Shown here piece by piece: positions 52,280-64,000 of a stretch of 64,000 nt of DNA (its first letter is position 1; each line of letters opens with the position of its first letter). The stretch lies in NCBI RefSeq assembly GCF_009914755.1, contig NC_060934.1; one strand, written 5' to 3'. The position numbers were made by a program, and so were the translations under genes. The notes below the pieces were generated by a model. That model searched no databases. It was not told the origin of the DNA and was given only the letters and a program-made list of their open reading frames with translations. The stretch comes from the human T2T-CHM13v2.0 reference genome, Homo sapiens.

Positions 52280-53975
52280 CTGCTTCACTTCATTTTACCT
52301 TTGGTCTGTCCAAGCAGAATTATTTGGTTTTCTCATCAATGCATTGTTTTTCTCTACATCACTGCCTCTGATGTCCCTTTACCATTAGTGCTTTAACTGA
52401 ATCTCTCCATGCCAGTAAGCCTTCTAACATGTCAGGTTCTCAAGTTCAAATGCCCTAAATTTCCATTCCTGATATCAACTTCTGTAGTAATATATTCCGT
52501 TAACTCTTATTTTGCTGTTAGACCCAACATTATATTATAGTCATTTTTATATATGATGATGTAGCATTATAGCCTGAAAACTTATGAAGAGTCCATGCCT
52601 GATTCATCATGTAGCCCCACTTGTGAGTACCTTACTCATAGCAGTTCAATAATAATACTAATAATAAAATTCATCATAATGTTACATTTAGTGGTGGCAT
52701 CAGCCTAATGTAAAATGAGCATTGGATTAGATATTTTAAAACTTCTGGATTTTATTTGCACCCCAGTTACTAACTAGCAGTGTTACCTAGAACAAGCTGC
52801 TTAACCTATTGGAATTTCAGTTTTCTCAACTCTGAAATGGATGAGAAGGAACTTTAACTGATTTTCCCCTTCTGTCTTACAATATTGTTGGGAGAACCAG
52901 GTCAGATATGAGATCATAGTATGTGAAAGTATTTTACATAAATTGTCCTCATTCTGATGTACCAAAGCTAAACTCTGGTTTTAAGTCTACAGTGGATTGA
53001 TTCTTCAGTAGCATTTAATTCTGTTTCCCATTCTGTTTTCTCCACGGAATCCTTCTTAGAAAACGTTTTGGGTTTCATAACATTTTATCTTTCTGGTTTT
53101 CTGCCTATGTCTCCTTTAGCTGACCAGTACAGCTAACCTTTCTCTTTATCCCTTCTACTCTACACTCTTTGCTAGATAAGTTCATTCATACCATAACATA
53201 AATTCCCATCTATGTACAAATAACTCACAAATATTTATATCCTGTCAAAGATCTCTCATATGAGTGATAAATCCAGGTTCTTGGTTGGTTTCTCTACTTG
53301 GATATACTAACATGTCTCAAGCATATCATTGCCAAAACCACACTCTTGATTCACACTTGCCTTCATAAGTCTTGCAATTTTCCAGTGTTTATTTTTTTCT
53401 GCAAATGGCACAACCACTTTCTTAGTTTTAAGTGTTAAAATCTAGGTTTTCTCTTTCTTCATCCACAATGCCAAAAGTACTGACATGCTGCAAACCTTAC
53501 CATGTGTTCTTATTCCATTAATGAGAGTCTAAACCAAATCCCCACCCTTTCTTATACCTTCCAAGGAAATACTTTCTTAACTGGTATTTCTTTCCTTCAT
53601 CAATCTATTCCCTATACTGAATCTTTTCAAAATGTAAATCCTATGCTATTACTTAAAATAGTTACCACTGTTTGGGAATAAAGGTTAAATTCCTTAACCT
53701 GGCCTTAAAGACCACATGCAATGTGTTGGCATCTACTTCTGTAGCCTCATCTCCTGTCAAACATAATGTTCTCTCTACAATTTTGTCTTGCGAATACTTT
53801 CCATAGTTGTTATTTTTACTATTTGATTGATTAGTCAATTAAATATATATTTTTCTCATTGGAGACTTTGAGTTTCCTGATGGTAGGGAGAGGTGATCTT
53901 TTTTATATCTCACATAACAAGCACTGTGCTTTGCAGACCTCAAGTACTTAATAAATATTTGTTAAATGAATAAAG
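52280..53975 (+). mobile_element. L2 fragments with an intervening MIR (~52690-52950)
   Basis: L2-like cccatctatgtacaaataactcacaaatatttatatcc; L2 3' end aagtacttaataaatatttgttaaatgaataaa; MIR core gttacctagaacaagctgcttaacc..cagttttctcaactctgaaatgg. Confidence 0.7.
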
Positions 53976-54639
53976 AGTTTAGTAGGTAGACCTGTTTTTT
54001 AACTGTGTATTGAGATTGACTTTTTAAGAGGTGCAATAAAGGCACAAAAACCATAAATATTAATGGGCATGATTTGACCTTCAAGGAAATCAAGATCTAT
54101 TGGTAAATATGCTTAAAAACAGTTAAGATTGAGGGGAAATTTTGCACTAAGGAAGCAGCAAATCTTCTCCCGGAACGTGGTTTGATATATAGGGCTTGAC
54201 AGAAGAAGCTTCCGCTTCTGATCTCTGATTTTCTGGAGGACTCATATGTAAAATTTCTCAAACCTTTCAGTATTTTCTGTTCAAAGATTATAACTGTCTT
54301 TCATTGTTATGTTTCCTTCAATGTGACAGGTCTCAGTGACCACACATTCCTCATATATATCTCAAACCTGGAAAATTTCAGAGTACTCAACACATTTTCA
54401 ACTATAAATTCCCCTTTTCTGTGCTTTTAGATATCTATTTATCTCTAGTTTATGTGTTGTATTTTTGTTGTAGCTTGATTATTTCTCCTCGACTCAATTT
54501 ATTATAAATGTTTCCATACATAGGTATATATATTTTAGAAAATCTATTAATATTTTCTCTATGTCTTCTAGGTTTTGTATCCTATTAATGAAAGCCTGCT
54601 CTAAACTCCCTTATTTAATTGTTAAACATTTGACATGAA

Positions 54640-55500
54640 AAAATCATCCCCTTAACTTATAAATAACTTATATTAATCAATAAGAAATATACAAATAGGC
54701 CAATAGAAACTAGACAAGGGATTGAACAAAAAAGGCAGTAGAAATAATAAATAATTTTAGAGAAAAAATGTTTTCCCTCGCATTTAAAGACATACAAAAC
54801 AAAGCGATATGAGTTTTGTAATCTGTTCAAGTTGATAACAAATGTTTCATCTAGGTTATGGAGCAGTATTTATTATTATACATCACTATTTGGAGTGAAA
54901 AGTAGTACAAAAATTTGGTGAATACATCAACAATGTCTGTCAAAATATAAAAGTACATATCTTTCCTTATCAGCCATACTACTGTTGTGAATTTACTCAA
55001 CAGATTATTTTCAAAAGAATAGCGAGATACTTCTGCAGGAATTTCTGTTGTACAACCCTTTGAACTATCAAACAAAAAATGTTGGAAACAAGCTACCTAT
55101 GCATTAATAGGAATGTGATTAGATAAGTCATATTGATTCATCCAAAGAAAAGTATGAAGCAGATCAAACAGTTTAAACAATTGAAGTGGCATCTGTGTGT
55201 TCAAGTGGTAACCATTAAGAAACAAATATACAAAAAGCCCATGGTGAATAACTAGTGATTACTTTGTATAAATAAAAATGTATATACAAATGTATGCAAA
55301 AATATACATGAAACAATTTTTCTTGAAAGATACATTAAAAAAATGTATAGACAATGAATACCTTTGGGGAGGAGTGCAGTTAGGAAGTAAGGGAGGTAAT
55401 AACTCTTACTTCTCATTTTTTTCATTTCATAACTATCCTTGTACTGTTTTAAGTATTTATTACACAGTATGTGTATTACTGTCATGTTTTTTACAAAAAT
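54640..55500 (+). mobile_element. L1ME-like 3' fragment
   Basis: ggccaatagaaactagacaagggattgaaca; ttggaaacaagctacctatgcattaatagga. Confidence 0.65.
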
Positions 55501-57388
55501 AACTGACATTAAACCATTTTAATTTCTATGCTTCACAAAAAATTTCTAAAGCTAAGGATTTTAAAAATTCTTCCTCCTTTTGTGGAAGTGAATTCTATAC
55601 TTGAACATATTTAATATTGTATAATGTATCCTCTTTTCTTTGAACTGTAGCCCTCAGCATTTTTTTCAGCTCCTCGTGTGTTCTTACTTACTGAATCTAT
55701 CCTTATTAAGCTGCTAATTCTGCTATCAGGAAGTTCTTGGTAAGTTCTTGGTATTTAGGATTGTGCAACAAAAATTGAAGTCAACTATTTTGTACAAAAA
55801 AAAAATCATTATTCTACATTAACAGTTGATTTTGGAGGTACTTAGTAAAGTGGACTCAATCATAGACCTCCAAATGGAACAAACACCCTTACTTGCATTT
55901 CATTGTGATTTTTGCAGGCCCTTTGCAGTAATAGTTCTGAAAAACAGTCAGAAATAAACAACTTAAACCCTCAAACATATTTTATATGCTTTGAATTTAA
56001 AGCACTCATTTAAAAGAAAAATTCAATCAGGTGGTTTTTTTTTTGTGTGTGTGTGCCTACATTTGTTTAGGTTTCTTCTTTTATTTTTTATTTTTGGCCC
56101 TTATTCCTCTTTCTTTTCTACTTTCCCAGAAATTCTGGTAAAAGTAATGTAAAAAATGTGAATACCTGATCAGAGGAGTTGCTTAAGAAATGTCTCAGCT
56201 GAAACCAGTACTTTAGTAAGAGTGCTAGCTGCTTAACAAGTCAAGGGTGTGAGGAGCTATGAATAAAGAGAGAACATTTTGCCATGAATTATTCAGTTAA
56301 CCATGGGATGCTGTTATCTCCACTTCAGTGGCTTTTAATTGCACATGTAAGAATTCTGCTTATCTGGCATTCAATTTGATGCCAAGGTGCAGCTTGCTCA
56401 AGCAGGGCTGGAGGCAGGAAATGAGGATCTCATCAGACAAGCAGCTGCCATTCACGAATGCATTAAAGAATATGGCATAGACTAGCAGGGAAGGCAGAAG
56501 ACAGACACAGATAATGGCAATGGAAGGATATGTGAGAATATGTGACAAGAGATTGTCTTTTCCTTTTGATCTTATTGCACATTGCTGAGTCTTGAGTGAA
56601 AAGTCAAATTGTGTGTGCTACCTAAATGTACTGCATTGCCTTTGTTAGAGACCCAAGGTTGACCTCTGGAGCAAAGATGACAAGTTGCTCTTTAAACCAT
56701 TCTCTTGGAAAATCTGGTATTCTTTCAGTCTAAATGGAGTCCTGACTCAATTTTGAGATTCTGTTGGTTTTAATTTTTCAAAGTTTACTTCAGATAAGTT
56801 TGTTTATCAAGATAAATAACTTTCTCAAAGCCTTTTTCTTATATCAAATTTGCAGAAGAGATATCTTTTGGCACCTGTGCTGTAAATGTTTCAAAACAAT
56901 TTACTTATAAAATACCATTTTAAATATTTTCAGAAGATTTCATTTGGAACCCCTTCTCCATTTAAACCTCTCCGCGTAGTATGTGATTCCTTTATATTAT
57001 TGCATACATCCATTTCCAAATTGAAGTGCTTATGCAACACATGAGTTTCATCAGTTACCATTTGCTGTGTGCTGTGTAGTGCATAGGAGATGTAGAGATT
57101 AGAAGTATCCACAGATAAAGCACCCTTACCTTATGGAGTTCAAAGGCTAAAATGAAGATGTGCAACACAAATCTGCTGGTCTGCATGGCTGTTGCTGCAT
57201 GGGAAGTTTATGCCAGACAAAATGGAAGCACTTTTGAGGGTTTGATTACCCAAGGCTTCCTGGGAGAAGGGACTGGAGAAACTGGAAGAGACCTCAAAAA
57301 AGGCTTCCTTCAGAAGACAACATTTATGAAATATGATAGGTTTGTAGACATTTCTAAATTTGGCGAAAGAAGAAGTGCAGGAATTTCA

Positions 57389-58124
57389 ATTAGTATAGCC
57401 ATTATGGAAAACACTATGGAGGTTCCTCAAATGTTAAAAAATGGAACTACAATATGATCCAACCAATCCACTGCTAAGCATATATCCAAATGAAATGAAA
57501 TCAAAATACCAAAAAGATACCTGCACTCCCATGTTTATGGCAGCACTATTCACAACAGCCAAGATATGAACTCAACCTAAGTGTCCATCAATGGATGAAT
57601 GGATAAGGAAAATGTGGTCTTATTACACAATAAAATACTATTCAGCCGTTTAAAAAAAATGAACCATATCATTTGCAGCAACGTGGGTGAAACTGGAGGT
57701 CATATAATGTCAAGTGAAATAAGCCAGGCATACAAAGACAAATACCACATGCTCTCTCTTATATGTGGGAGCTAAACAAGTGAATCTCATGGAGGTAGAG
57801 TAGAATGATGGTTACCAAAGGCTGGGAAGCATAGGGCAGAAGGAATAAAGAGACTTGTTTAATGGGTACAAACATACAGTTAGATGGAAAGAATAAGTTC
57901 TAGTGTTTGGTAGCACAGTAAAGTGACTGCAGTTAACAATATAGTGTATTTTTCAAAATAGCTAGAAGAAAAGATTTGAAATTTGTTCCCAACACAAAGA
58001 AATTATAAATGTTTGAGGTGACAGATATCCCAAATACACAGATTGGATCATAATGCATTGTATACATGTATCAAAATATCACAAGTACCTCATAAATGTT
58101 TATAATTATGTATCAATTAAAAAA
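57389..58124 (+). mobile_element. L1MA (MA4/5-like) 3' end
   Basis: gccattatggaaaacactatggaggttcctc..gatacctgcactcccatgtttat..caaaatatcacaagtacctcataaat..caattaaaaaa. Confidence 0.92.
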
Positions 58125-58655
58125 GAAAATGTGGTATACATACATAATGCAATACTATTCAGCCTTACAAAAGAAGGGATTTGTGTCATTTTGATACCGT
58201 AGATAAACCTAAAGTTTATGTTAATTGAAGCATGTTTTACTTAAACATTATGTAAATGAAATAAGCCAGGCACAGAAGGATGAATATCGCACAATGTCAT
58301 TTACATGTGAAATTTAAAAAGTCAAATTCTTAGAAGCAAAGAGTAGAATGGTGGTTACCAGGGGCTGAGAGGTGAGGGGATTGTGGAGATGTTGGTCAAT
58401 GGACACAAAATTTCAGTTAGAGAGAAAGAATGAGTTCAAAAGATCTATTGTGCAACAGGGTGCCTATAGCTAATAATTATGTATTGTATTCTCAAAAATT
58501 GCAGAGTGGATAGTGTTATCAAAAGAAATAAAAGCTAAGTATGAGAGGTAATACATACGTTAATTAGCTCCACTTAGCATTCCACAATGCATACGTATTT
58601 TACAATATGTTGTACACAAGAAATATATACATTTTTCATCTGTTAAAAATAGAAA
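58119..58655 (+). mobile_element. Second L1MA 3' end (different subfamily) in tandem
   Basis: aaagaaaatgtggtatacatac..ggacacaaaatttcagttagagagaaagaatgagttcaaaagatctattg..ttaaaaatagaaaa. Confidence 0.88.
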
Positions 58656-61600
58656 ACAAAAACAAATCTGTAAGGAGAAAAAGTTTAGTATCAGAAATTA
58701 AAGAATACTGAATTTAATCATAAAAATGGCCTCTGAAAGAAAGTTGATAATCCTGGGGGACAGCATAAGAAAAAAAGAAGAAAAAAAGAAAGAATAAAAG
58801 ATTTAGAGCTGTGGTGACAAGCTTGGAGGGTTGGAAGAATAGCAGGTTATTAAATTACTTTTTGGGACAATAGGGTGCACAAGGCAGAATGGCAAACAAT
58901 GTGTGAAGAGTGCACATGGTGAGGTGCCAATTTGTGAAATGAAGTCCATGTGGATGTTATTCTGAAGGCAGTGAAGAACCAGTGAATAATTTTAAGCAGG
59001 AGTGACGTGATCAGATTTGTGATGCAGAACAATTGTTCTGATGACATCGTTCCTTTGGCACAGTTGTTGATGGGACTCCACTATAAAAACGAACACAAAA
59101 CAAACAAACAAACAAAGACCACTTCATATTAGCATTTCCTATGGGGCCAAAAATCAAAGGGACAATATAGATTAATTGAAACAGCAGATCATTTGATATC
59201 AGAAGAATTGGGTCTTGTTTTATGTTCTTCCATTTTTTAGCAACATAATTTCGGACAAAGTATTTCTCCTTTCCCATTAGGTTTAAGTTCAACGTATGTC
59301 AAGAGCTTAAAACAATTTCTCATGCATGAGTGAAGCTTCATAAGTGTTTGGGGAATAAATGAATGGATTTCTGGGTCTCTGTATTCTTCTACTAAGTAAG
59401 GAGGATCAAAAAAATGTTCTGAGAGTCATCTTCCACTACTTTGGAAGTGACTACAAAGTGACACATGAGATTAGAAGTTAAGTTAACAACCTATATTGTA
59501 TCCCTTCAGGGAAATTATTTTTGTATTAATATTGTTAGTCTGGGGAAAGTATAGTGGGAGAGGAGAAACTATGAATCAATTTTCAGACATCTTTTTCTCC
59601 TCTGTTTTGTTTTGTTTTTTTAATTTTGGCAGTCTCTTCTTTCCTGCCTTCTCTTTTGCTGGATGTTTTTATATTCCTACATTTTAAATATCTTACTTCC
59701 AAGGATGCAATCCTGGGACACCTTATCTTTTTGCTTACTGGGCATTTCTGTACATACTTTTCCCCCATGTACTTCTTTTCCCTTATATTCCACTGTGCTT
59801 TCCTTCCTTAAGGTCTCAAAAAAAAATAATTCCTGCTCCCCTCCCCTCCTAGACATCTAATATAATCTTTCCAATGGGCCTGAGCTTTTCCAAAAGGCAA
59901 GCAGAACCATTTAATTAGGTTGTGTTTAGTTTCTGCCCAGTGAAAGTCCCTGAGGAAAGGAACACAAAAGCAGGCTGTCACATTGAAATATGTGAGGGTT
60001 CATAGTTGGGGAAATATAGAAAAAGGAAATGCTTATAACTTAATTTATTGGATTCAGCATAGTTACTTCTTTGATATTGTTTTGAAGAACTTGATGTGCT
60101 AGACAACTGCCTTTTGTGTTCAATCTACCATCTGAAGTCCTCACTTCTTTACTGTAATTGTTGAAAATTCTAACCCCCAGGAAAGGGGACAAATTTCCTG
60201 AGGATTTTATCTTGTAAACTCTTGCAGCACCAGTCCCTAGCCCAGTGTTTGAGACATAATAGGTTTGTTAGTAAATAAACAAATGTCTCTAGGCACATGC
60301 TGATGGCTTATTTTTGCAGAAGGCTGAAGCTGCTGCTCAGGAATTTGCTCATCATCAGCTTCCTTCTAGTGACACCTATATCTTCAATTGATTCTGGACT
60401 CTTCATCTCAAAGCAATGAGTGACTTTTATTTGCCAGTTCTATGCTTTGGTTAATAGTTTTCCAACGTTTTATTATTTTGTTCCTCTAATTTCTACTTTT
60501 TTTGGTTGCAGTTATTCAAGAGATTGTGACTAAATGCTGCATTCTTAGAAATTTCTTCTCTGAATCAACCTCTAGTTTGAAATGCAATATATAATTCCCA
60601 ACATACCAAGATCATGTGTCTTATTCCTTTAGATAAAGTTTACTATCTTACCTTGTTTCAAAATTGTGAGCATGACTTTTATAATAACTCTGCATTTTAT
60701 TACAGGAGGGCAGGTACCATGCTGTGATCTTCCTATCCTGGGGCCTAGCACAGGGCCTAACAGAAGTCGTCAATATGTGTTTCAATTGAATTAAATTGAA
60801 TGAAGTGTAATTTCTACTCAAAACTTTTATAGTTATAGGAATAAGAACAAATTTTACAAAAATCATTGTAAGTTACAAATTAACCTAAAATTACACAGTC
60901 ATATATATCTAGCAGGAGAATTTAGACAAATTCTATACAATTAAAAGTAAAGTTGAATATATCATTGATATTTAGGTATTATTTTTCTGAGAAGAGAAGC
61001 TTGATCATATCAGAAGGATCCCTACATTTAAGAGAAAATAATCCCATTGTTTTGTTGCACTAGCTTAAAAAAATCTTTCTATGACCTTGAACTCGGTAAA
61101 CACTGAAAAATGCAAAGTGTTTCCTCTCAAGGGCCTCTTTTATGGATGTTTCATGAATTTTCGGGATGATGCTGTTCATCTATGTTAATGGATTAGAAGG
61201 ACCATTGTTCTAAACAGTGAAAGATAAATATACAGTCCCTCATAACAGTTTTGACCTAAACTTTTGTCATATTTATAGGTTTTCTTCCTCTCAACAATTT
61301 ATTTTCTCTCATGGCTTTGTTAAATTAGGTAGTTTTATTACAAAATTTCTTTGCAAGCTTTTTAAAAAGTCTCAGGAAACTGATCACGACAAACTCTAGT
61401 GAAAGTCTTTATTTCCATGGTAACCATAATATGCTCTAAGTATCTTCTCATGAAGAGGTAGAACCAATGTTACCAGCAAAACACAGACAAAGGCCAATAA
61501 AGAAGGAACACACAAACACATGTTCATTACAGCAATGGTGATCAGGGCTGCAGTCACCCTCCTTTCAATATTTAATTCATTAACGCAAGCAGATTTTTTA

Positions 61601-61705
61601 ATAGTATAAAAACAAATGGAGAAAAGTACAAAATATGCAGTGACAATTTTTGATTTAGAATAAAAAATGTTAAATGCCATTTATTGTTAAGTTCTTAATT
61701 TTGTA

Positions 61706-61800
61706 AGAAAATATTTTCTGACATCTAGGCTAAAATATCAATGAAACTCAAGTTTCTCTGATCATTGATATTTTAGCCTAGATGTCAGAAAATATTTTCT
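61706..61800. repeat. Perfect 39-bp inverted repeat, 17-nt spacer
   Basis: agaaaatattttctgacatctaggctaaaatatcaatga (61706-61744) is the exact reverse complement of 61762-61800. Confidence 0.98.
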
Positions 61801-61975
61801 GTTAAAACCCCGATAGTAAACAGGTAAGATAAGACTCTGAAAGCTATATGGTTTCTGTGCGGACTACTTGGCAATAAGTAAACAAATAAGTATTGCTGTG
61901 TTACAATAAAACTTTATTTTAAAAAACAGGTAATGTGCCAGAATTGCCCCTTGATCTATAGTTTGCCAATCTCGT
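61779..61975 (+). mobile_element. MER58A (hAT-Charlie MITE)
   Basis: gtcagaaaatattttctgttaaaaccccgatagtaaa..gctgtgttacaataaaactttattttaaaaaacagg..tatagtttgccaatc. Confidence 0.82.
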
Positions 61976-61989
61976 TTATTATAAGGTAA

Positions 61990-62330
61990 AGGTAGTATTA
62001 TTCATATTCTACAGATGAGCAAATGGAGGTTCTGAGAATTTAAACAGCTCAAGGTGAGGCAGAATCAGAACACAAACCAAGTCTATTGCATTTTAAAGCC
62101 TGACTCCTAAATAGCTACGCTTATTTAATAAGAATAGCTGGCATACACTGGTGCCTAATGGGACAACAGTGTGCTAAATTGTTTATGTCCATTACTTTGC
62201 TTAACTTAGAAAATCCCTGTGAGATAGGTATGATTAGCATTCTCTTTTTATATATGAAGAACAGATACTTGGGAAATCTAAGAAGATTTTCGAAGGTCAA
62301 TAAAATAGTAACTCTATCTTTGTTCAAATT
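61990..62330 (-). mobile_element. Two MIR remnants
   Basis: attctacagatgagcaaatggagg; aatccctgtgagataggtatgattagcattctcttttta. Confidence 0.7.
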
Positions 62331-63369
62331 AACTTATTCTACTTAATTCAGTGACTGAAATAATGAAATCATTTTTTAAATGTGACCTCTATGATCTCAA
62401 GAATATAAAAAGGACCATGCACATTTAAAGAGTACCTGAGTTCTGGTGGATGCTTTGAGATTTGCAATGCTTATTTCTCAATCTGCAGCTTTACTTTGAT
62501 TGTAACTTGGTTTCCATTCAGTCTACTTTATGAGGTGTAATTTCATGAAGAGGCAAAAAGGGTAATTGTAGTGTGCAGTTAATTAGAATTTCTAATTAAA
62601 ATCATCCTTAAAAAAAACAGCCAATGCCAATGGAAGAATGATTACTAATCTGTAAATTAAGGAAACTGTATACTGCAAGATTTTTTTTTTCTACTGGATT
62701 GAAAAACACCCAGTTTAAGTTAACATATCATAAATAAAGATAATCACCTTAAATAAAGGTAAAATGCATAGGGCAATAGGTTGATTTAATTTGGCCAAAT
62801 GTAATTCAGTTAAATACTGGGGATTCTGTAACTAACAACTAATCTTGCTTCACTTCCCCTCCACAGCCTTCAATTCCTTCTTTCTAATGTTTGGGCACAG
62901 ATTTGATTTTCTCAAATAAGGGCTCAGTAAACCTGTCAGGCTTTCACAATTCCATTCGTATGTCTATACACAAGCACACATGTGCGTTTGCGTGTGGTTG
63001 GCAAGAACACATGTATGTGTTAATGCATGCCTGTGAGTGTGTGTGTCTGTGTGCTCTGTGACATATGGGTAAAATTTGTAGCATCTTGCTTGATACTCAC
63101 AGGTTAACTTCTTGCTTCAACTCCATGTTGTAGCAACAAACATTTCCCCATAATCTCATTTCACCAGGTGTAGGAAACTTCAAACTATCTTAATAACTTA
63201 AGAATCTTTCTGAAGTCATGCAGAATCTGTTCATTCTGCATTTGTGGCCATGGTTACATAAAAAAGTAATCATTGGGAAAAAATCTTATTTATCTGTATA
63301 GTAATAGTCAAAATTTTGGGTCAAGCTGTCTCTGAAAATTATGCTAAGAGCTTTGATAGAATATCAATA

Positions 63370-63654
63370 CAGTCACTCCTTGGTATCTGCAGTATCTGTG
63401 AGGGATTGGTTCCAAGATCCCCAAGGATACCAAAATCTAAGGATGCTCAAGTCACTTTTATAAAATGGCATAATATTTATTATAACCTATGCACCTCATC
63501 CCATTTATATATCTCTAGATTACTTATAATACCTACTACAATATAAATGCTAGCTGAATAGTTGTTATACTTCATTATTTATTGGTATTATTATTTTCTA
63601 TGTGTGCTTGTTTGAATCCACTTATATAAAATCTGTAGATATGAAAGCCTACTG
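63370..63654 (+). mobile_element. MER2 (Tigger-family MITE)
   Basis: ta|cagtcactccttggtatctg..gggattggttccaagatcc..ggataccaaaatctaaggatgctcaagtc..atctctagattacttataatacc..actg. Confidence 0.9.
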
Positions 63655-63694
63655 CATCATGTTTACTTTTTAGCATGCTAAATATGTAAATATC

Positions 63695-64000
63695 TTTTTG
63701 AAAATTAATAAACTGTATATTTTCGAGCAGTTTTAGATTTACAGAAAAGTTGAGCCCAAATACAGAGTTCCTATATAATCACTCCCCCCCCACAGTTTCC
63801 ACTATTATTAACACTTTTTACAATTGAAGAACAAATATGGAAATATTATTATTAACTGAAGTCCGTAGTTTCCATTAGTGCTCACTCTTTGTGTTCTTTG
63901 GGTTTTGACAAACACATGATGTCATGTATCCACCATCAGAGTATAACACAGAATACTCACATTTCCTTGAAAATCTTCTGTCTTTCATCTATTCATCCCT
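63695..64000 (-). mobile_element. L1MC/MD 3' end, runs off the window
   Basis: gagcagttttagatttacagaaaagttgagc..tacagagttcc..ggttttgacaaacacatgatgtcatgtatccacc. Confidence 0.85.

Overview
AT-rich, CpG-poor catarrhine primate (human-like) non-coding DNA, probably a long intron or intergenic region. I find no supportable protein-coding gene, RNA gene, CpG island or CRISPR array. The listed ORFs are chance ORFs, or come from Alus, L1/L2, hAT/Tigger transposase fossils and microsatellites. The window is dominated by interspersed repeats: 9 Alus (J, S and Y types), many L1 fragments (including one 5'-inverted twin-priming copy), L2/MIR remnants, LTRs (a solo LTR2/HERV-E with a 4-bp TSD, MLT1 and LTR16 types) and DNA transposons (Tigger1 nested in MER53, MER20, MER58A, MER2 and a ~2.8-kb near-full-length BLACKJACK hAT fossil). 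The most unusual direct observation is a perfect 39-bp inverted repeat with a 17-nt loop at 61706-61800. It overlaps an old, diverged MER58A end, which suggests recent template switching and makes it a candidate de novo pre-miRNA-like hairpin; smaller inversions of the same kind occur at ~15.8, ~30.7 and ~47.1 kb. Repeat family and subfamily names come from my recall of consensus sequences, not computed alignments, and boundaries of old repeats are approximate. I cannot name the locus, and I see no convincing novel multi-gene system.
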